Origin: Eledone cirrhosa
Lineage: Eukaryota
DNA: 64,000 nt
Direction: 5' to 3'
NCBI GenBank assembly: GCA_964016885.1
Contig: OZ024764.1
Location: 6,696,001 to 6,760,000, forward strand
Of the stretch, positions 36,065 through 50,700 are shown piece after piece. Every line of letters starts with the position of its first letter. The stretch's first letter is position 1. The position numbers and the translations under genes were made by a program. The notes below the pieces were generated by a model that searched no databases, was not told the origin of the DNA, and saw nothing but the letters and a program-made list of their open reading frames with translations.

Positions 36065-39000
36065 GGTGCCTACTGACTGTAGTAGGTTTCACTTTGTACA
36101 TAGGCAAGGGGGGGTCTTCTGTATTACTGTGTAGCACGAAAGATCTCGGTCCAGTGACACTGTCTTGGAGAGGTGTAAGTGTGTGAGGTCGGAATTTATC
36201 AAGTCGTCCCAGGTTTTTCTGGGTCTGCCTACTCCGTGGCTACTGTCTACTTTTATTGCCCTGCACTTTTTTATACAGCTGTCGTCTTTCATGCGCATCA
36301 CGTGACCGTACCAATGTAGTCTTCTCTCAAATAAATAACATCTGATCCCTCTTATTTCTAATTTTTCCCTTAGTTCGTTTATGCTTTGCCGTTCACGTAT
36401 ATTACTATTACACATCCAACGGAGCATGCAAGCTTCGTTCCTCTCCAGTTTGTATATATCCTCTGCACACAATGCCCAGGTCTCACTGCCATGTAACATT
36501 GCTGTTCGTATGCAGGCATCATACAGCCTGCCTTTCATTTTTAGAGAGAACCCTTTAGCGGCTAATAGTGGTATAAGCTCTCTGAACTTTTTCATTCCAA
36601 TTCTGACTCTAGCTACTGTACTTTCAGAGCACCCTCCACCACTGCTGATTTTCTCACCCAAGTAACGGAAGCTGTCCACTATTTCTATAGAACCATCTGT
36701 GCAATGGAATGAGCTAGTATTCTGTGGGCCTTTGCTGCTACTTATTATACCAGCGCACCGGCCACATATAAATATCTATATTCTTAGTAAGCTTACCTGT
36801 GATCCCACTACATATTTTATGCACCCATACTTTGCATTTGGGACATAAAAAGGAGTTTCTGTCTATTCCTTTCCTACACACTAAGCAGGGCCATTTCCCG
36901 GTTGGGACCGGTGCCCTATTTTTCTTCATACAAACTAAAACTTTAGTCTTAGACAGGTTAATTTTAAGGCCTTTTGATTCTAGGCCATGGAATTTCTTCT
37001 CTAGTTCAGCTATGATCGTTAGATCATCTGCGTATACGAGTTCCCATGGACAGCCGGTCTTGAACTCCACTGTTATAGCCTGAAGGGCAATAAAAAATAG
37101 TAGGGGGCTAAGAACGGAGCCCCGTTGAACACCAACTTTTACGCTAAACTCTTCACTATATTCGTTGTTAATTCTAACCTTACTGACTGTTTCTTTATAC
37201 ATGGCTTGTATAGCTCTCACAAGCCAGTCATCAACACCTAGTTTTCTAAGAGCCCACCAGATAATGGAATGGGGGACTCTGTCAAAGGCTTTCTCCAAGT
37301 CGACAAAAGCTAAGTATAGGGGTTTACTTTTAGCTAGGTACTTCTCCTGTAGTTGTCGTACAATGAAAAGAGCGTCTGTGGTACTTTTAGCTGACACAAA
37401 CCCAAACTGCATTTCATCTAGATCAATTCGACCTGGTCGATTAATTTATTGCCTCTATAGTTACTCCTATCTAGGGCATCTCCTTTACCCTTGTAGGAGT
37501 TAATGATGATGCTGCTACGCCAGTCCTTCGGAACAGCCCCATTCTGTATGACTTGGTTTACTATCCGGGTGACCATGGTGTGTCCCACCGTACCAGAAGC
37601 TTTCAGCATTTCAGCAACTATTTCTGAAGGCCCAGCCGCCTTACCCGTCTGCATATCTTTGATTGCCTTACTTATTATACTACCTTCAACTAACACTGCT
37701 GGTCCCTCTATTGGATCGATGTGCGGGAGACTGTCTTTCTCCCATTTAGCAGCCTTTCGTAGTGACACTTCCAAGCTACCTTCTTATCAGCGTCAGTGAT
37801 GGCAAGTACACTATCATCATTAAGGACATACTTCTCCCCGACAATATCACGGTTTTCCTTGACACATTGCCTAACAATCCTGAACACCTCACGTTTTTGG
37901 TCCTCGCATTATAGAACATGCTTGAACTTTCTTTCATCTGCTTCCCTTCTTGCAAAGTACACTTGTCTCCTAGCCACTTGATAGTCTTCTCTACTTCCCC
38001 CATACTTTCCAAGCCTGCTTTTTGGCCTTAATTGACTCATCCACCACCACGTTACTCTCCTCCTGCTTATAGGCCTGCTCCAGCCACAGACATCATCTGC
38101 CACCATCAGCAGGTTTGCTTTCAGGAATTCTCACTGTTCCTCTACCTTGTACGACACTAATTGCTCTTCCTTACTGTCGAAAGCATCAAGTAATATGCTT
38201 TTAAATTTATTACTGGCTGTTGGGTCCTTTAGCTTCCATATTTTTCTCCTGAGGATAGTCCTCTTCTGTTGTCGAGTACGTCTCGTCCTGACTATGAGGT
38301 CGCTAATTATGAGTCTATGTTGAGAGGTGCATTCTTCATGGGGGAGGGATTTAGTGTTTACAACAGACACTCTGTCACGTCTTCTGGTAAGGATATAATC
38401 TACCTGGCTGGCGTGTTCCCCTGATCTGTAGGTGATCAAGTGATTGTCTCGTTTTTTGAAGTTAGTGTCGCAGATAACTTTCTTTTTATTTGCCACCAGG
38501 GCATCAAAAAGTGGGACAAGTACAATGGGGGGAGTTTACATAAAAAGGCGTCCTCAATAAGGAGGAGGCAAGAACAAGATATAAAAATAAAATGTAACAA
38601 AATCCTCAATAGGGAGGAGGGGCCTTGGGGGGTCGCACACACCCCCGAAAAAAAGTGTGCAACCCTTTTCCTCATGAGCACAGAGAGGGGGTGCTCCCTT
38701 GATCTTTCATCTTCTTCACCTATAGTCTGATGGAGAGTGAAGGCTCATTCACACGGGCCATTCTCGCCACTTTCACCCATCTTTCGTAAAAACGGCTGGG
38801 GTGCAGCACCTCTCTCTCCGTCCTGATCCTTCTTCCGAAATGATATCGGAAGAAACGGACCAGTTGTTGGCCAGAGAGAAAGGTGTCTGACCTCAGTCCT
38901 TTCAGACGCGTCCACCATACAACCTCTTTCGCCATGGCTATTACGCACAGAAACACCGCCTCTCCTTCGTTTTTGAAGAGAGGAGGCGGCTTGATCGTTA

Positions 39001-40557
39001 CAATAGACTCGGCGGTCAACCGGATCGGTCCCACCCTTGACAGCAGTTGTTCGACATAGCCCCACAGATCGGCAATGCCCGAGCAGTGTACCAATGCGTG
39101 TGCAACGGTTTACTCGTCGCACACGCATCTGGGACAGATCTTTTTCGAGGGGTTCCTACCCGGGCGCCCGTGTTTGTAGAGCCATTCTCGAACGGGCAGA
39201 GCCCATCGGTAGCACTGCCAGGCCAGGGACCTCTGGAAGTTATCCATGGGTCCCGGGCTGAATGTCCTACCGAACAGGTTGGCCAGTTCGTCTTCCTCCA
39301 TGCCTAGGGCTTCTCCAAGGGCGTCGTCGCACCTGCTAACCACCAGCCCTCTATAGAATGACGAGGTGGATTCTACACTGACAGCCGGGTCCGCCTGGGC
39401 ACACTCGGTGTGCCAGGCGCCCAGTTTTCTCGGTCTTTGCTTGACCCAGGATTGCAGCTCGGTGAGTGAGACGAGTCTGGGAAAGGTTCGTCTCACAAAC
39501 GAGGCCCACACCGGGTGACCGGTGAGGAATACGTGGAGGTGCCGTAGCCTTAATGCGTGTTTACGCATCACTAGCCATGGCATCCCCAGCCCTCCTTTCG
39601 AAGGGTGTTGACAGCAGATGGATCTCCTCACCAAAGGAGCCCGCCTCTTCCAAAGGAATGGGAAAAGCGCGTGCTCCATCTTGGCGAGGGTTTCCCTTGG
39701 GCAAGGCACGACGGTCAGGCGGTAGTAGATGACGGACGCTATATAGGTGTTCGCCACCTACACCCGACCTCTCAGGGTTAGTTTGCAACTGCTCCACTTC
39801 TGGGTCAGTGCAAACACCCTGTTCGTAACCTCCGCCCAGTTCTTCTCCACCTGGAGGTCTGGTCCGAACCAGACCCCGAGCAACTTCGTCGGGCGCTGGA
39901 TGGAGGGCCCGACGACGCCATCGGAGAGCATCGATCTGCCCCGCCACGTGCCGAGTTGCAGACCGATCGACTTGTCCCGGTTCAGCTTAGCCCCTGTAAA
40001 CCTTTCGTACTCCTCCAGTAAGGTGCCGATCGCCTCGATTTCGGAGGCCGTCGACACCATTACTGTTACGTCATCGGCATAGGCCGACACTGCTTTCCGC
40101 AATCCTGGTTCCAACGGGATGCCCTGCAACAACTCCGACTTCCGCAGCAGTGGCTCTGGAGTCAATACATACAGAAGGGAGGAGAGAGGGCACCCTTGTC
40201 GGATGGACCGCGCGATTTCTAACGGCTCCGAAAGGTAGCCGTTCACCTTGACCCTAGAGCAGATGCGGCTGCTGTGCATGGCATTGATCCAGCCCCTAAA
40301 AACGGGTCCGAAGCCTGCCGCCGCTAGCACCGCATCCAGGTAACCATGGTCGCCAGCAATAATTATATAGTCACTGTCGGTTATATGGGAGGTAGTGAGC
40401 ATCAATGTCTCATAGAACCTGTCTTTTATAACGCCAGACAGTCTGGATTGGGGTGCGTACGCAGATATTACTGCCACAGTAGTTCTATTTAGAACAAGTC
40501 GTATTTTAATTATTCTGTCGTTCACTCTATTTACGTCTATTATCTTATCCACCCATT
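36065..40557 (-). mobile_element. RTE variant A, second copy
   Basis: ORFs essentially identical to those in 16404-20880. Confidence 0.92.
38477..40347 (-). mobile_element. L1/Tx1-clade LINE, second copy
   Basis: Near-identical to 18805-20675 with the same junctions. Confidence 0.9.
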
Positions 40558-42967
40558 ATATATATATAGAGAGTTAACCTTGGTCTTCTTCTAGTGTGTC
40601 CATGTAGGGGCTCCCACAGCAGCACTGAGTGCAGTGTCAACTTTGGATGTCGGTGACCATGTCCAGCTAATCTCAGTCTCCCCTGTGTCACTTTTGAGCT
40701 GACTTTTGGGAGGCTCCCATACAGCTCTGAGTTCTTCATCCTCAGCATTCTCGTGTAGCACCCATCCACGTATGTTGATGCCCTAAGGACAGACACTGGT
40801 CTCTTGGAGACGCAGGACATGGCAGCGATAATGAGGGACAGAGACCGCTGGAGAGAACTCGTCCATGGATGTCGGGAATTTTACCCGCCCTAAATATATA
40901 GAGTCTGTGCTGCTGTACGGGTCTGAGACTTGGACACTGACCAAGAAACTCACTCAGATGGTGGATGGGTGCTACACGAGAATACTGAGGATAGCTCTGA
41001 ACATTAATCAGTATACACTTAGGATGAAGAACTCAGAGCTGTACGGGCTCCTCCCAAAAGTAAGCTCAAATGTGACACAGAGGAGACTGTATTGACACAT
41101 TGGAAGAGGAAGACCAAGGATGATATATATTGATGTCCTAAGGACAGACAATATTAAATACAAGGAAACTATATTTATTCTATTATATATATTTCAAGGG
41201 TTCCAAAACTTTGTTACACTTTCATCCCTTTTGCTTATATAGTATGTATATATATATCTGCACCTCACGGGGCTCACACTTGTGGGTAGCTAACTCCGCT
41301 CCGATAGCCTTGCAAGGGAGATTTGGTCAGGCGGGGGCCAAGAACACTGGAAGTCTCCACTGACAAAATCTCAATAACAAACATATCAAAGGGTGGCCGA
41401 TACTTTGACATGACGAGCAGCAAAGCCTGGGCTGGTCACTGAGTACACAATGTTGTCACTTGAGAAAATGTCACAACGTATAACATCCTTCCTAAACGAA
41501 GGGCCTACCGTTACGGAGCGGGAAGGTTGTCATGCCGTTAATCGATATGTTAACAGCTATGATTACGAGAAGGACAGACATACAGGAGAGAGAAAGTTCT
41601 TTAAAAAGTAGGTTTCCCTGTCACAGTCCTCACCCCACAGGCTGGAGGGAGAGGGTTGGTAGAAATATCTGCCTACAATCTCATGAAATATCTCTGAGTA
41701 ACTGGGTGGAACAGGACCAAAGTACTAAAGACTATAGCAGAGGAGGTGGAGAGGAGTTCCAGCTGGATCTGGTAGAGGAAGAACAACAAAGGTGATCTCC
41801 ATCCAGATTAAGTGACCTACACACAACAGGTTAACAATAGCCAGGTGGTTTTATTATTAAATTCAGTCATGGCTGTGTATTGGCAGTATCGGTAGAGCGT
41901 CGGTCAATATGGTTTAAGGCACAGAGTTTCGGCCCTTTACATATTCTGAATTCAAATCTCGCCGAGGTTAGCTTTGCCTTTCATCCTTATGTAGTCGATA
42001 AATAAAGTACCAGTAATGTACTGATATCGATAAATAAAGTATCAGTAATGTACTGGGGTCAATAAATAAAGTACCAGTAATGTACTGAGATCGATAAATA
42101 AAGTACCAGTAATGTACTAGAGGTTGATTTAATCAACGTCCCCCACACTCCAAATTATTAGCCTTGTGTCTAAAGTGGAAATCATTAAATTATTCAATAT
42201 TTCCATTATTTCCCAATATTGAGGCACATGGGTTGTGTATTCCATTAGAAATACGGTACCCCCGGGGGTGGTGTCTGAGAAAAAAAAGGCTGTTCAAATG
42301 ATTGAAGATATCTAAAGTCTGTCCCAAGCTCGGGGACTCATCACGCAGGTCCTTACCCCGGTTTCCATGGCATGAAACACCTAAGAATATAAGACCACCC
42401 CCTGGACAGGGCGCTAGTCCATGGAAGGAGTAAACCCCCACCTACAGTTGAGTATACTGGAGCATCGTGAAATAAAATCTTTTCTCAACACAACACACAA
42501 CCCAGTCCAGGAATTGAACCCACCTACCTCTAATGACGATATTATGAAGGGAACTAAAAACAAACTGTTTACCCAGAATACATGAAAAGAAACTAAGATT
42601 CCACGTTATAATGGCCTGACCCACTTGGTTATTTAAGACTAGTTTATATATATATATATAGAGAGAGAGATGTTATTGTATGTGGAGGGGTAGTGGTGGT
42701 GAGTAACCAACCAGACTGCAGACCCTTCTGTTAAAACACCTGACAAACCTCATATGTAACGCACCCTCGTAGAACGAACATACCGAGGGTTAAAGTGCTT
42801 TAAAAACTGAAATTAATTTACAACGCTTTTAAATAAGATTTAGCAAAAATTATCTGACACAAATTTATATATATACATATACACACGCACACATCTATAT
42901 GTATATACAGATATCCATAAAACAACTCTTGGACCCGCTAGTAGAAGTGTTTGAGGAGACGGAAGAC

Positions 42968-44367
42968 TGAGGTGCTGGAACAAGCAAGCACCTCACCAGT
43001 TACCTCTATTAGGCGAGGCTGAGGTGCTGGAACAACCAAGCACCTCACCAGTTACCTCTATTATACGAGGCTGAGGTGCTGGAACAAGCAAGCACCTCAC
43101 CAGTTACCTCTATTAGGCGAAACTGAGGTACTGGAACAACCAAGCACCTCACCAGTTACCTCTATTATGCGAGACTGAGGTGCTGGAACAACCAAGCGCC
43201 TCACCAGTTACCTCTATTATGGGAGGCTGAGGTGCTGGAACAAGCAAGCCCCTCACCAGTTACCTCTATTAGGCGAAACTGAGGTACTGGAACAACCAAG
43301 CACCTCACCAGTTACCTCTATTAGGGGAGGCTGAGGTGCTGGAACAACCAAGCACCTCACCAGTTACCTCTATTATGCGAGACTGAGGTACTGGAACAAG
43401 CAAGCCCCTCACCAGTTACCCCTATTATGCGAGGCTGAGGTGCTGGAACAACGAAGCACCTCACCAGTTACCTCTATTATGGGAGGCTGAGGTGCTGGAA
43501 CAACCAAGCGCCTCACCAGTTACCTCTATTATAGGAGGCTGAGGTGCTGGAACAACCAAGCGCCTCACCAGTTACCTCTATTAGGGGAGGCTGAGGTGCT
43601 GGAACAACCAAGCACCTCACCAGTTACCTCTATTAGGTGAGGCTGAGGTGCTGGAACAACCAAGCACCTCACCAGTTACCTCTATTAGGCGAGGCTGAGG
43701 TGCTGGAACAACCAAGCACCTCACCAGTTACCTCTATTAAGCGAGACTGAGGAGCTGGAACAACCAAGCGCCTCACCAGTTACCTCTATTAGGCGAGGCT
43801 GAGGTGCTGGAACAACCAAGCACCTCACCAGTTACCTCTATTAGGGGAGGCTGAGGTGCTGGAACAACCAAGCACCTCACCAGTTACCTCTATTATGCGA
43901 GGCTGAGGTGCTGGAACAACCAAGCACCTCACCAGTTACCTCTATTATGCGAGACTGAGGTACTGGAACAACCAAGCCCCTCACCAGTTACCTCTATTAT
44001 GGGAGGCTGAGGTGCTGGAACAACCAAGCGCCTCACCAGTTACCTCTATTATACGAGGCTGAGGTGCTGGAACAACAAAGCGCCTCACCAGTTACCTCTA
44101 TTAGGCGAGGCTGAGGTGCTGGAACAAGCAAGCCCCTCACCAGTTACCTCTATTAGGGGAGGCTGAGGTGCTGGAACAACCAAGCGCCTCACCAGTTACC
44201 TCTATTATGCGAGGCTGAGGTGCTGGAACAACCAAGCCCCTCACCAGTTACCTCTATTATGGGAGGCTGAGGTGCTGGAACAAGCAAGCACCTCACCAGT
44301 TACCTCTATTATGCGAGGCTGAGGTGCTGGAACAACCAAGCACCTCACCAGTTACCTCTATTAGGGG
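42968..44367. repeat. 52-bp double-hairpin VNTR, 27 units
   Basis: Same unit; span/52 is ~27. Confidence 0.95.
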
Positions 44368-45649
44368 AGCCGCCAGTGCAGAGGAAACTCGCAGTCACGA
44401 CCCGACTCCACCAAAACTCTCAAAAGCTACAAAGCTGGGAATAACATTTTAATATTACACAATACTAATAAATGAACATATTACACTACCTTAGTTTCAC
44501 TGTTACCTGCAGTAAAGTCGTCAATGTTTTGGCTTGCCATTAAAAGTAAGGTTTTATGTTCCGTCAAACTCAAATTTCCCGGTCATCGTTACAACACGAG
44601 CTACCTTGCAAAGTTAGCCACACATTCTCAGTCACGTTTTCGTATTTTCGCAGCGAAAATTTTTAATTAGTTTCATTAGTATGGAATAAAGTTTATTAAA
44701 CTATTTTCTATTTAATTACTTAATAAAATTAAGGAAGCAGCCAATCCTATATAGTGGTGGCCATAACTGGACCCCGAAACCAAAGGTTGCGCATACATAA
44801 GTGTATGAAATTTAAAATATACTATATATATATATAGTATATTTTATATATATAGTATATTTTATATATATATAGTATATTTTATATATATATAGTATAT
44901 TATATATATATAGTATATTTTATATATATATATAGTATATTTTATATATATAGTATATTTTAAATATATATATATATTTAGGTTTGTTGGTTCACCACTG
45001 GATAGAACTGGTCATTCCGTATGGTTAACCTTGATGTAATATTAGGGAGAGCACTCAACGTAATGCAACTCACCTCTTCGTATGTGTTGTTGGTGGTGCG
45101 AGTACGGAGTTAATTATTATAAAGTAACAGGAGGCTGGACTGGTGTCTCTGCTTTCAGCCCCATGGAACTTGTCTTTTATATTCCTTTGTTATATTTCGA
45201 ATATCCGATGATGTCACCGAATTCATACTGAACAAGGTCACTGAAATGATCCTTTTAAGGAATTTCACCAGTCCAGCCTCCTGTTATTTTATAATATATA
45301 TATATAGTATGTATATATATATATATCATCATCGTTTAACGTCCATCTTCCACGCTTGCATGGGTTTGGACGGGAGTTTTTCCACTTGAGGCAACATTGG
45401 TTGTCTCACTCGCATAGGACTATATTGTATTTCTACGGCTGGATGCCCTTCCTAACACCAACCACGTTTACAGTGTGGACTGGGAGGTTTTTACCGTGTT
45501 ACCTACACGGCCACATTACAGCGTGGACTGTGTTTTTTTGTCGTGACACCTACACAACCTCATTTGTTTCGGCCTGGATGTTGTGGTACCAACATAACTT
45601 TACATTGAAAGGGGGTGGTATGTATGGGGTGGGGGTGTATTTTTGTTAG

Positions 45650-47754
45650 AGGTGCCTACTGACTGTAGGTTTCGCTTTGTACTTAGGTAAGGCGGGTCTT
45701 CTGTATTACTGTGTAGCGCCAAAGATCTCGGTCCAGTGACATTGTCTTGGAGAGGTGTAAGTGTGTGTGGTCGGAATTTATCTAGTCGTCCAAGGTTTTT
45801 CTGGGTCTGCCTACTCCGTGGCTACCGTCTATTTTTATTGCCCTGCACTTTTTTATACAGCTGTCGTCTTTCATGCGCATCACGTGACCGTACCAACGTA
45901 GTCTTCTCTCGAGTAAACAACATCTGATTCCTCTTATTCCTAACGTTCCCCTAGTTAGTTTATGCTTTGCCGTTCACGTATATTACTATTACACATCCAG
46001 CGGAGCATGCAAGCTTCGTTCCTCTCCAGTCTGCGTATATCCTCTGCACATAATGCCCAGGTCTCACTGCCATGTAACATTGATGTTCGTATACAGGCAT
46101 CATACAGCCTGCCTTTCATTTTTAGAGAGAACCCTTTAGCGGTTAATAGTGGTATAAGCTCTCTGAACTTTTTCCATCCAGTTCTGACTCTAGCTACTGT
46201 ACTTTCAGATCACACACCACCACTGCCGATTTTGTCACCCAAATAACGGAACCTGTCCACTATTTCTATAGAACCATCTGTGCAATGGAATGAGCTAGTA
46301 TCCTGTTGACACTTGCTACCTATTGCACCTGAGCATCGGCCACATATAAAGTCTACATTCTTAGATAGTTTACCTGTGATCCCACTACATCTTTTATGTA
46401 CACATACTTTGCATTTGGAACATAAAATGTAATTTGTGACTACTCCTTCCCTACACACTGAGCATGGCCATTTCCCTGAGGGCACCTGTGCCCTATTTTC
46501 CTTTCTACAAACTAGAACTTTAGTATTAGGCAAGTTAACTTTAAGGCCTTTTGATTCTAGGCCATGCTTCCATATTTGGAATTTCTTCTCTAGTTCAGCT
46601 ATGAGCGTTAGATCATCTGCATATAGGAGTTCCCATGGGCAGCCGGTCTTGAACTCCACTGTTATAGCCTGAAGGGCAATAATAAATAGTAGGGGGCTAA
46701 GAACAGAGCCCTGATGAACACCAACTTTTACGCTAAACTCTTCACTATATTCGTTGTTAATTCTAACCTTGCTGACTGTTTCTTTATACATGGCTTGTGT
46801 AGCTTTCACAAGCCATTCATCAACACCTAGTTTTCTAAGAGCCCACCAGATAATGGAACGGGGGACTCTGTCAAAGGCTTTCTCCAAGTCGACAAAAGCT
46901 AAGTATAGGGGTTTACTTTTAGCTAGGTACTTCTCCTGTAGTTCTCGTACAATGAAAAGAGCGTCTGTGGTACTTTTACCTGACACAAACCCGAACTGCA
47001 TTTCATCTAGATCAATTCGCTCTCTGATTAGTTGCGCTATTAATTTTTCCGTGACATTCATGACCTGGTCGATTAATTTAATGCTTCTATAGTTACCCCT
47101 ATCTAGGGCATCTCCTTTACCCTTGTAACAGTTAATGATTTAGCTGCTACGCCAGTCCTTCGGAACAACCCCATTCTGTATGACTTGGTTTTTCTCCTGC
47201 GGATAGTCCTCTTCTGTTGTCGAGTACGTCTCGTCCTGACTATGAGGTCGCTAATTATGAGTCTATGTTGAGAGGTGCATTCTTCATGGGGGAGGGATTT
47301 AGTGTTTACAACAGACACTCTGTCACGTCTTCTGGTAAGGATATAATCTACCTGGCTGGTGTGTTCCCCTGATCTGTAGGTGATCAAGTGATTGTCTCGT
47401 TTTTTGAAGTTAGTGTTACAGATAGTTGGATTATTTGCGTCACAGAATTCCACCATTCTGGAGCCTTCCTCATTTCTAGTACAAAACCCATAGCCTCCAT
47501 GGATTCCGTCTTAGCCATCACAATGTTGTCCAACGTGACCATTTAGGTCACCAGCAATAATTATATAGTCACTGTCGGTTATTTGGGAGGTAGTGAGCAT
47601 CAATGTCTCATAGAACCTGTCTTTTATAATGCCAGGCAGTCCGGATTGGGGTGCGTACGCAGATATTACTGTCACAGTAGTTCTATTTAGAACAAGTCTT
47701 ATTTTAATTATTCTGTCGTTCACTCTATTTACGTCTATTATCTTATCCACCCAT
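45650..47754 (-). mobile_element. RTE variant B, second copy
   Basis: ORF 46210-47061 is near-identical to 26224-27075. Confidence 0.92.
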
Positions 47755-50700
47755 TATATATATATATATATAGTTAACCTTGGTCTTCTTCTAGTGTGTC
47801 CATGTAGGGGCTCCCACAGTAGCACTGAGTGCAATGTCAACTCTCGACATCGGTGACCATGTCCAGCTAACCTCAGTCTCCTCTGTGTCACTTTTGGGAG
47901 GCTCCCATACAGCTCTGAGTTCTTCATCCTCACCATTCTCGTGTAGCACCCATCCACGTATGTTGATGCCCTAAGGACAGACACTGGTCTCTTGGAGACG
48001 CAGGACATGGCAGCGATAATGAGGGAGAGGCTGCTGGAGAGAACTCGTTCATGGTTGTCGGGAATTTTACCCGCCCTAGATATATAGAGTCTGTGCTGCT
48101 ATACGGGTCTGAGACTTGGACACTGACCAAGAAACTCACTCAGATGGTGGATGGGTGCTACACGAGAATACTGAGGATGGCTCTGAACATTAATCAGTAT
48201 ACACTTAGGATGAAGAACTCAGAGCTGTATGGGAGCCTCCCAAAAGTCAGCTCAAATGTGACACAGTGGAGACTGTATTGACACATTGGAAGAGGAAGAC
48301 CAAGGATGATATATATTGATGTCCTAAGGACAGACAATATTAAATACAAGGAAACTATATTTATTCTATTATATATATTTCAAGGGTTCCAAAACTTTGT
48401 TACACTTTCATCCCTTTTGATTATATAGTATGTATATATATATCTGCACCTGACGGGGCTCACACTTGTGGGTAGCTAACTCCGCTCCAATAGCCTTGCA
48501 AGGGGGATTTGGTCAGGCGGGGGCCAAGAACACTGGAAGTCTCCACTGCCAAAATCTCAATAACAAACATATCAAAGAGTGGCCGATACTTTGACATGAC
48601 GAGCAGCAAAGCCTGGGCTGGTCACTGAGCACACAATGTTGTCACTTGAGAAAATGTCACAACGTATGACATCCTTCCTAAACGAAGGGCCTACCCTTAC
48701 GGAGCGGGAAGGTTGTCATGCCGTTAATCGATATGTTAACAGCTATGATTACGAGAAGGACAGACATAGAGGAGAGAGAAAGTTCTTTAAAAAGTAGGTT
48801 TCCCTGTCACAGTCCTCACCCCACAGGCTGGAGGGAGAGGGTTGGTAGAAATATCTGCCTACAATCTCATGAAATATCTCTGAGTAACTGGGTGGAACAG
48901 GACCAAAGTACTAAAGACTATAGCAGAGGAGGTGGAGAGGAGTTCCAGCTGGATCTGGTAGAGGAAGAACAACAAAGGTGATCTCCATCCAGATTAAGTG
49001 ACCTACACACAACAGGTTAACGATAGCCAGGTGGTTTTATTATTAAATTCAGTCATGGCTGTGTATTGGCAGTATCGGTAGAGCGTCGGACAATATGGTT
49101 TAAGGCACAGAGTTTCGGCCCTTTACAGTCTGAATTCAAATCTCGCTGAGGTTAGCTTTGCCTTTCATCCTTATGTAGTCGTAAAGTATCAGTAATGTAC
49201 TGGGGTCGATAAATAAAGTATCAGTAATGTATTGTAGTGTACTGGAGTCGATAAATAAAGTACCAGTAATGTACTGATGTTGATTTAATCAACGTCCCCC
49301 ACACCCCAAATTATTAGCCTTGTGTCTAAAGTAGAAATCATTAAATTATTCAATATTTCCATTATTGAGGCACATGGGTTGTGTATTCCATTAGAAATAC
49401 GGTACCCCGTGGGTGGTGTCTGAGAAAAAGAAAGGCTGTTCAAATGGTTGATGATATCTAAAGTCTGTCCCAAGCTCGGGGACACATCACGCCGCTCCTT
49501 ACCCCGGTTTCCATGGCAAACATCTAAGAATATAAGACCACCCCCTGGACAGGGCGCTAGTCCATCGCTACAGCTGAGTATACTGGAGCATCGTGAAATA
49601 AAATCTTTTCTCAAGAACACAACACATAACCCAGTCCAGGTATTCAACCCACCTACCTCTAATGACGATATTATGAAGGGACTTTTCTTAAGAACACAAC
49701 ACACAACCCAGTCCAGGTATTCAACCCACCTACCTCTAATGACGATATTATGAAGGGACTTTCTCAACAACACAACACACAACCCAGTCCAGGAATTGAA
49801 CCCACCCACCTCTAATGACGATATTATGAAGGGAACTAAATTAAAACCATCAAGAAAGGCAGACATAGATGTGCTGGCCACGTCTCCTCAGAGACAATAG
49901 GTAAACTATTAGAGTGGACACCAAGGTACTGGAGAAGAACCAGTATGTATTACCAACAAGTACAAATGGTCCAGTGTCTGACAAAATAATCAACACTTCC
50001 TGGGCTAATAAGACGAAAACAAAACTTTTGATTGGTTACGGCACTAGTCTATGGCAGGGTTAAACCCCAAGATACTGCTGGTACTCAGGCTCAGCTAAGT
50101 ATACTGGAGCCACGTGGAATGAAGTGTTTTTCTCAAGAACACAACACGATCCAGGAATGGAACTTATCACATTATGATCCTAAGTCCAACACTGTCACCA
50201 CTATGGGAAGAATTACTGAAGTTTCACATGGAGTGTGACAAGACTGACTTAATTACAGGTACAGACATACACTGCTAAGGTGAAAACAAAACTTAGATGT
50301 ATAGAATTAAATACGGGAGATAAGATTTCCCCCATCGACAAAGTCAAGTGGGAGAAAGAGGGTTTAAAACATAGATGGTGAACAGCTGGACTTATTGCGT
50401 GTACCTCAGAGAGATTGCAAGAGATGGGCAGCTTTTGGAAAAGTCCCCCAAGTCAACAATCGAAACTACCATGTTCGATTGCTGTTAGTGAGTTAGATCT
50501 TGAGAGGAAGACAACCACACAGTGATAGGGAGAAATAGTCGACAGAAGGATTTGATAAAGACAAAGGAACTACCCCAGGAAGAAGTAGGAACAATTTTAA
50601 AACTATACTAGATATATATTTATTAAGAAAAGATATAAATTTAATATACTGTATATCCGCAATGTATTGAAACAGGTGAGTGTGTATCTCATTAAGAATA

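Noticed and set aside
42968-44367. 52-bp palindromic arrays as CRISPR arrays
   Set aside because: Units are contiguous with no unique spacers, there are no cas-like ORFs, and the context is eukaryotic.
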